A stretch of 64,000 bases of DNA from Octopus vulgaris. Its lineage: Eukaryota. The notes beneath the pieces were generated by a model that did not search any database, was not told the origin of the DNA, and worked only from the letters and a program-made list of their open reading frames with translations. The stretch covers positions 63,674,001 through 63,738,000 of the forward strand of contig OX597825.1 of assembly GCA_951406725.2 (NCBI GenBank), in the 5' to 3' direction. This document shows, piece by piece, positions 57,850 to 64,000 of the stretch. The translations under genes and the position numbers were made by a program. Position 1 is the first letter of the stretch. Every line of letters starts with the position of its first letter.

Positions 57850-58830
57850 AGTTAGGTTTTAGGAACTGTTTTGACTCACTGATGGGTGCAACATCTGATC
57901 CAGGTATAGCGTTTTTCAAAAGAGTTAGTGAAACCTAGACAAGAAGGTTTACATAACTAGTAGGAATTAATTGCCTGATGACGTCCGCTCTACCATTCTT
58001 GGATTTCTTGAGTACCACCTTTCTATACGGAAACAACAGCGAATTTCTTACCGAGAATTGTTGGAATTAACGACGTTCTATCTTGGCGGAGTTCCGAAGA
58101 ACTGGATATCGTTTTGTAGACCAGGAACTGTAAGTCATGCCCTGTGGCTGTCAAAAGCAATTTACGCATTCAGTTTGAGTTACCTATTGGAGAGAACTCT
58201 TTAAGGAGAATGTGTATTTTTCTTGGTCAAGTCTATGTTCGAGCTTGGTTTTTAACATCAGAAGTAATTAAATCACCTCATCGTGATTTCCTAGTCATGC
58301 GTCAACTGATAAATTATCAGAATATTGATCCAGAAACCAGTAAGGTTGCTGCGAAAAAAAAATTCCATTCATCACTAGTACTTAACTCCCGAAACTGTGA
58401 CTCTAACCATAATTGATGGCAATGTTCCAACAGAAGTGAAGGCAAATATTGCTCAAGTTATGCAGGAAGCAGACAGAGCGGAAGAAGAGGAAGAAGAAGA
58501 AATCAACTAAAGAGGTATATTCTGCACCAAAATAACTTTTCTTCCTTTACAAATACCTGTTGCAACACCTGTGGCAAAACGTTTCTTCATGAGATTTTCT
58601 ATCAGTACCGATTTCTTCGACAAAACCCCTTCAACATGAAATGATGATCTTAGTTACAAAGTGGACATGCAAAACTTGAGAAGATATTTGGTTGTGAATG
58701 GTGTTGCAGAAAAGGGTGTCAAACTCATTGAGGATTGCAATGAATAATGAAAGAAAGGAAGCAAAACGAGACAGAGAGGTGCATCTACACACGTTCAGAC
58801 ACCAAAATCTTTGGCGTAACGTTGTTTGCA
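57850..58830 (+). pseudogene. DNA transposase fossil, probably Sola2-type
   Basis: SYRELLELTTFYLGGVP..ISFCRPGTVSHALWLSKAIY resembles 'RDDYRELLEL...FLGG.P..F..PGA.HHARWMAKAIY'; LVVNGVAEKGVKLIED resembles 'VVND.AERGVKLI.D'; frameshifts present. The superfamily assignment is from memory. Confidence 0.7.
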
Positions 58831-58966
58831 CATAGAAAAATGAAATCAGCTTAACGTTCATTATTATTTATAGTTTCTCATGAATTAAGTTCTCAAGGAT
58901 TTGCAGAGATGACAAGAATCAGAACGAAGGATTACTCCCTAGAATGTAAATTAACTTAGGAACAGA

Positions 58967-59384
58967 TACTCTTTTTACTCTTTTACTCTTTTACTTGTTT
59001 CAGTCATTTGACTGCGGCCATGCTGGAGCACCGCCTTTTAATCGAGCAACTCGACCCCGGGACTTATTCTTTTGTAAGCCCAGTACTTATTCTATCGGTC
59101 TCTATTGCCGAACCGCTAAGTAACGGGGACATAAACACACCAGCATCGGTTGTCAAGCAATGCTAGGGGACAAACACAGACACACAAACACACACACGCA
59201 TATATATACATATATACATATATACGACGGGCTTCTTTCAGTTTCCGTCTACCAAATCCACTCACAAGGCTTTGGTTGGCCCGAGGCTATAGTAGAAGAC
59301 ACTCGCCCAAGGTGCCACGCAGTGGGACTGAACCCGGAACCATATGGTTGGTAGACAAGCTACTTACCACACAGCCACTCCTGT
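58967..59384 (-). mobile_element. SINE family A, young full-length copy
   Basis: Reverse complement of 22685-23073 with a (ctctttta)3 tail. Confidence 0.95.
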
Positions 59385-59926
59385 GAATAATTTCTAGGAA
59401 TAAAAAAGAAGCCAACTGCCATCAAATCCTCTCTTATTCAAAAATAACATTCAATATTCAGTGTCACAGTGTGCACATTGTTTTTCGTTCTATAGAATTT
59501 ATTGTTGTAAATAAAAATGCGTTTCTCGTATAGAAATTGTGTGCTTTGTTAATAAAAAACCTAATATTTCCTAAGTTATTCATCTTGTTTCAGAAATTTT
59601 TCAAATTAGCTATTGGGAAATTTGATTCAGAACGTTTTAAAACATCTTTTAGGGTTGCCTGGATGTATCCACAAAAAAAACAAACAAAAAATGGTAGAGA
59701 AAGGGAACACTATACCACCTTTTGAACATAATTGATCGTTGCGTATACTTTGTTCCAAATTCAGGGCGCTTGAGAGTCGCCTAGCAGTTGTCTGATTAAG
59801 CTAGAATTTTGCACACCCCGTTATTTTGATTATTGGAGCAGGATTACTGGATGGGAGTAGTTAAATTGTAAGTTTCGAACGGTTACCTATTGCTAAAGAC
59901 CACTCTAATATACATACATACACACG

Positions 59927-60019
<93 letters not shown>

Positions 60020-60290
60020 ATATCATCCGCTAACAGAAATATGTCGCTACACAATCATTTTCAAAGTCCTGAAATGTGCTACATACGCTATGGCACATAA
60101 TGGTTTGTCTTTAGCGTGAGGCACTTCTCTAGCTTCAGTTAATATGTACACACGTACGCATACTCGTCCATATACATTTGAACTTTCGACTGGATTATAC
60201 ACAGAGGTATTTATATACTTGCGTATGACTGGGAAAAAGCAGCGTAGCTCTTTTTCACACACAAACACACACACACATTCACCCACATAT

Positions 60291-60725
60291 CAGGCGTAAC
60301 TTTGTGGTAAGAATCTGGCTTTCCAACCACGTCGTTACGCGTTCAGTCCCACGTCGTGACAACTTTGGTAAGTGTCTTCTCAATAGCCTCGGGCCGACCA
60401 ATGTCTTGTGAGTGGATTTGGTAGACAAATGCTGGAAGAAACCCATCGAATATGTGTGCATCAGTGTCTGTGTGTTAGCATGTGTCTTTGTGTGTCTGTG
60501 TTTATGTGTGTATATCTGTGTTTATCTACCCGCCATCGCTTGACTACGGATGTTTGTGCGTTTATGCACTCGTTTTTTAGCGGTTCGGCAAAACAGACCG
60601 ATAGAATAAGTACTAGGCTTACGAAGAACAAGTCCTGGGGTCTTCGACTAAAATCCTTTAAGTTGGTGCTCCAGCATGGCCGCAGTCAAATGACTCAACC
60701 AAGTAAAATAATCAAAGAATAAAGG
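60291..60725 (+). mobile_element. SINE family A, diverged copy
   Basis: gtggtaagaa..gcttccaaccac...gttcagtccca..gcctcgggccgacca...ccagcatggccgcagtcaaatgact. Confidence 0.85.
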
Positions 60726-61059
60726 AATATGCAAGACAATATGTATGCATGAGCCCTACGCGATACGATTACATGTAAGTTTGTACAGCTACAGAGACAG
60801 CAGAGATTACGGCACTCTTTCGTTCACACAAAATAAACAGCAACATAGAAGCATGAATAGACATGAAGAAATGAGCACATAGTTCATTTGTGCATGTTTC
60901 CTACACGCATACACAGGCACTCATACACACACACAAACAAGCACAATCACACACATGCATGGATACATACATATATGTAAACAATTACAAGTGCAAACAA
61001 TCTGAAATATTTTCCTGGTTATTCGCATCACAAACATTTATTTCTATACATGTGTATAT

Positions 61060-61330
61060 GTGGAGGCGCAATGGCCTAGTGGTTAGGGCAGCGGACTCGC
61101 GGTTGCAGGATCGCGGTTTCGATTCCCAGACCGGGTATTGTGAGTGTTTATTGAGCGAAAACACCTAAAAGCTCCACGAGGCTCCGGCAGGCGGTTGTGA
61201 TCCGTGCTGTACTCTTTCTCCCACTCTTTCTTCTGTTGGCCTTCATTCGAAGGCTAAAACAATGCGAACGCATTGTGACCAGCGATGTATAACAACATCT
61301 GACTGTCTGGTCGGTCACGTGATCACGTGA
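61060..61330 (+). mobile_element. SINE with a family C tRNA-Arg-like head and a different 3' module
   Basis: ggaggcgcaatggcctagtggttagggcagcggactcgcgg..ggtttcgattcccagaccggg matches the 33.7 kb head; tail cgaaggctaaaacaatgcgaacgcattgtgaccagcgatg...gtcacgtgatcacgtga differs. Confidence 0.88.
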
Positions 61331-61668
61331 CATGTCTATATAAATGGACGGGGAAACCAATAAACTCTTAAAAATATGAGACGTGTACTACCAGATGAAA
61401 CCAAATTGTTTTTTGTTGTTGCTATATTGCACAAATATATGCAATCAATTTACAACAATTCTACATTCTAATTAGCTTCGACATATCAATTTATGCAAAT
61501 ATCTGTAGAAGGAAAAATCTTCTGGGAATCCTTTTCAAATATTTCTTTCTTTCTAGTTATTCACATCCAGTGACTAAAATTTTCATCCTTTTGTATTCTT
61601 AATGTGCCTACATATTTTTCATCAACAAACGACCGCTTAACTGAAAAAAACCTTCCTAGAGCGACATG

Positions 61669-61716
<48 letters not shown>

Positions 61717-61803
61717 TGGGTATGTTTATATATATGGTCCCTTTACATACTGAATACTTGGTAAAATTGATTAATAATTAATTAATTTTACCCTCAATTG
61801 TTG

Positions 61804-61849
<46 letters not shown>

Positions 61850-62352
61850 TGTGTATATACACGTGTGTGTGTGTGCGTGGGTATGTAAATATGTACATAA
61901 TATTGGTTGCATATATATGTGGGTGTACATGTGAGTGACCATATGCATATAAGTACATGTACGTGGGTGTGCGTGCGCACATGTCTATGTATGTGCATGC
62001 GCGCTTACGCATTTTCTATGAATATTGTTACTTCTGTACTTTTTTACTTTCTCCCCTTCTGTTTTTTCCCTTATTTAACGGTCATTCTAATAACACTTTT
62101 GTCTTAATAATGGTCAATTACATAGTAATTTCCCTTTGTTTAACGGATATTTTCATAGGATTGTTTCATTGCCTCGAAAACTGACGAGATGCCGGAGCAG
62201 ATTTCCACCCCGACATCCGAAACTCGGAATTTTATTATGGCAACCGAATAATTATCACCTACAGATAAATTCCTCTCTTTACATATCGAAGTCTAAATCA
62301 TTCTTTTGTTGTCTTACCATTATTATTAATAAAAAATATAAGTATATGTGTG

Positions 62353-62389
<37 letters not shown>

Positions 62390-62396
<7 letters not shown>

Positions 62397-62725
62397 AGTA
62401 GTATGATAAATAGACAAAAGGAAATATCTCTACATGCGAGCATTCCCGTCAGAATTTTGCTGACACCAGCATTCTATGTTTCTAAATTTGACACAGCATT
62501 TAATATTGTTCATAGCATGCAATACATAAAAAACTGTGACAACCAGCGTGCAAAACCGTTGGTAATAAGATAATTTCCTGCAGACGACGCTGGTGTATTG
62601 TGCATTCAAATGAACTGGGTAACTGACTTGAGACATAGTTCAATTATTAAGTATTGATCTCCAGACAATATATAACGCACAAATCGGAATCTGGCTTGCA
62701 ATGAGATTAAATGTAAGAAGAAAAT
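62390..62725 (+). mobile_element. Degenerate RTE-like RT remnant
   Basis: FDTAFNIV resembles D..KAFD.V; R*FPADDAGV resembles RELLFADDAA. Confidence 0.35.
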
Positions 62726-64000
62726 AAAATAGAAAAGCAATGAATTATATAACCAATTGCATTTTGTAAATGCTGATAGATTTGTGTATCTTCAAATAAA
62801 ATCTAAACGGATAAACAAAATTATGTTTTTTACGACATATTATAAAACGTCAATATGAGGTAGGTACAATATCACTCCAAATGGCCAACATTAACTTGAA
62901 GAAGAGAATTTCAATGACTGTATACTGATAATATTTTCTTAAACAACAATATTATTCTCAACAACAGGAACTGGATTATTCTTTATCATTTAAGACTCAT
63001 GTAAACAAACCTTGGATAACAGTGTCTACAAGTACAAATACGATTTTGAGATATGGTGTTTATATCAAATTTAATCATACTTCGTCTTGAAAGACAGGTT
63101 TTCTTATTCATAAGGTTTCTGGAGTCTCTTTTGTTAAATCTCTGCATTAGGTAATAACTCTATTAAACATACATCGAGTTGTCTCGGAGGCTTCTGTAGG
63201 GGGATAAATCAGTTAAGAACGGTTGTTCCAGGAAATGTATATATATAAATGATCTAACTTAAATTTTTTCAATAGATTGGATTCCAAAACACTGGAGGAA
63301 ACTACAATCAGCTCTCTCTAACCATATCAGAAGTGAATATTACATAATATATTAATATATACAGAAAGACCTACGGTCAAGGCTGAGCATGCAATTAATC
63401 ATATTTTCTCTGCTTCTTTGGTAGAGTATGTGACTACAAGTTAGTTATTAAATTTCTATATATTCCTTTTATTTCCGTATGGTATTTGCTATATTTCTAA
63501 TAGAAAAACTTCGTAACTGTTAATATATATATATAATTTCATACATGCTATACATACATCAAGTACTCAAATAATGGCATTTTACCTGCGTCTGCACTTC
63601 ATGTACGACACCGATGCTTCTACATATATGTGACAGACACCGGTAGCTGTTTCTATATGTTCATGTTATAGTAATTATTGTTTATTACTCCCGTTCTAAT
63701 TTTAATCTGTTTGAATGATTATAAGCTGTTTGTGCTGTTTGAAGAGTATTAATTGATATGGCAGATTACCATGCAATAGAGCTTTTGATGTTTGTAAAAA
63801 TACAATATCGCTGTAACTTAATTTGATTGGATACAATGTAATCAAGTATATGCAAATGTAGGGAAAATATTCCTTTCGGAGTTATAAAGCTTGCAAATTG
63901 AAACAAACCGAATTACTGAGCTACCAGCAGAGGAAGAAAATGGTTAATTCCTAATACCGGAACAACATTCTCTATCCCTTATTTGCAGATTTCACATGAA

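Noticed and set aside
61060-61135. tRNA-like sequences here and at 33635-33708, 26103-26182 and the family A heads
   Set aside because: They lack a canonical acceptor stem or cloverleaf and continue into repeated SINE bodies, so they are SINE heads rather than tRNA genes

Overview
AT-rich eukaryotic DNA saturated with (TA)n/(CA)n/(TAA)n microsatellites. The SINE families and overall repeat landscape resemble an octopod cephalopod (Octopus-like) intergenic or intronic region; this is inferred, not proven. I cannot establish any host protein-coding gene, and nearly all ORFs in the supplied track are microsatellite read-through artefacts. The supported content is mobile DNA. It includes about 19 copies of tRNA-derived SINEs in 4 families and three R4/Dong-like non-LTR retrotransposon pieces stacked in (TAA)n. 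There are also RTE and CR1-like LINE remnants, two mariner fossils, a Merlin fossil, a probable Sola2 fossil and MITE-like foldbacks. The most interesting layer is RNA structure. Several Penelope-like element (PLE) termini carry type I hammerhead ribozymes (HHRs): intact cores at 12033-12119 (+), 37749-37799 (-) and 41301-41351 (+), and degenerate ones at about 19.7, 20.1, 36.7, 41.5 and 50.7 kb. A tRNA-headed SINE at 25.9-26.2 kb ends in an HHR 5' half. An unexplained GC-rich, hairpin-dense ~400-bp segment lies inside the large PLE. A templated-insertion duplication links 5.3 kb and 13.3 kb.
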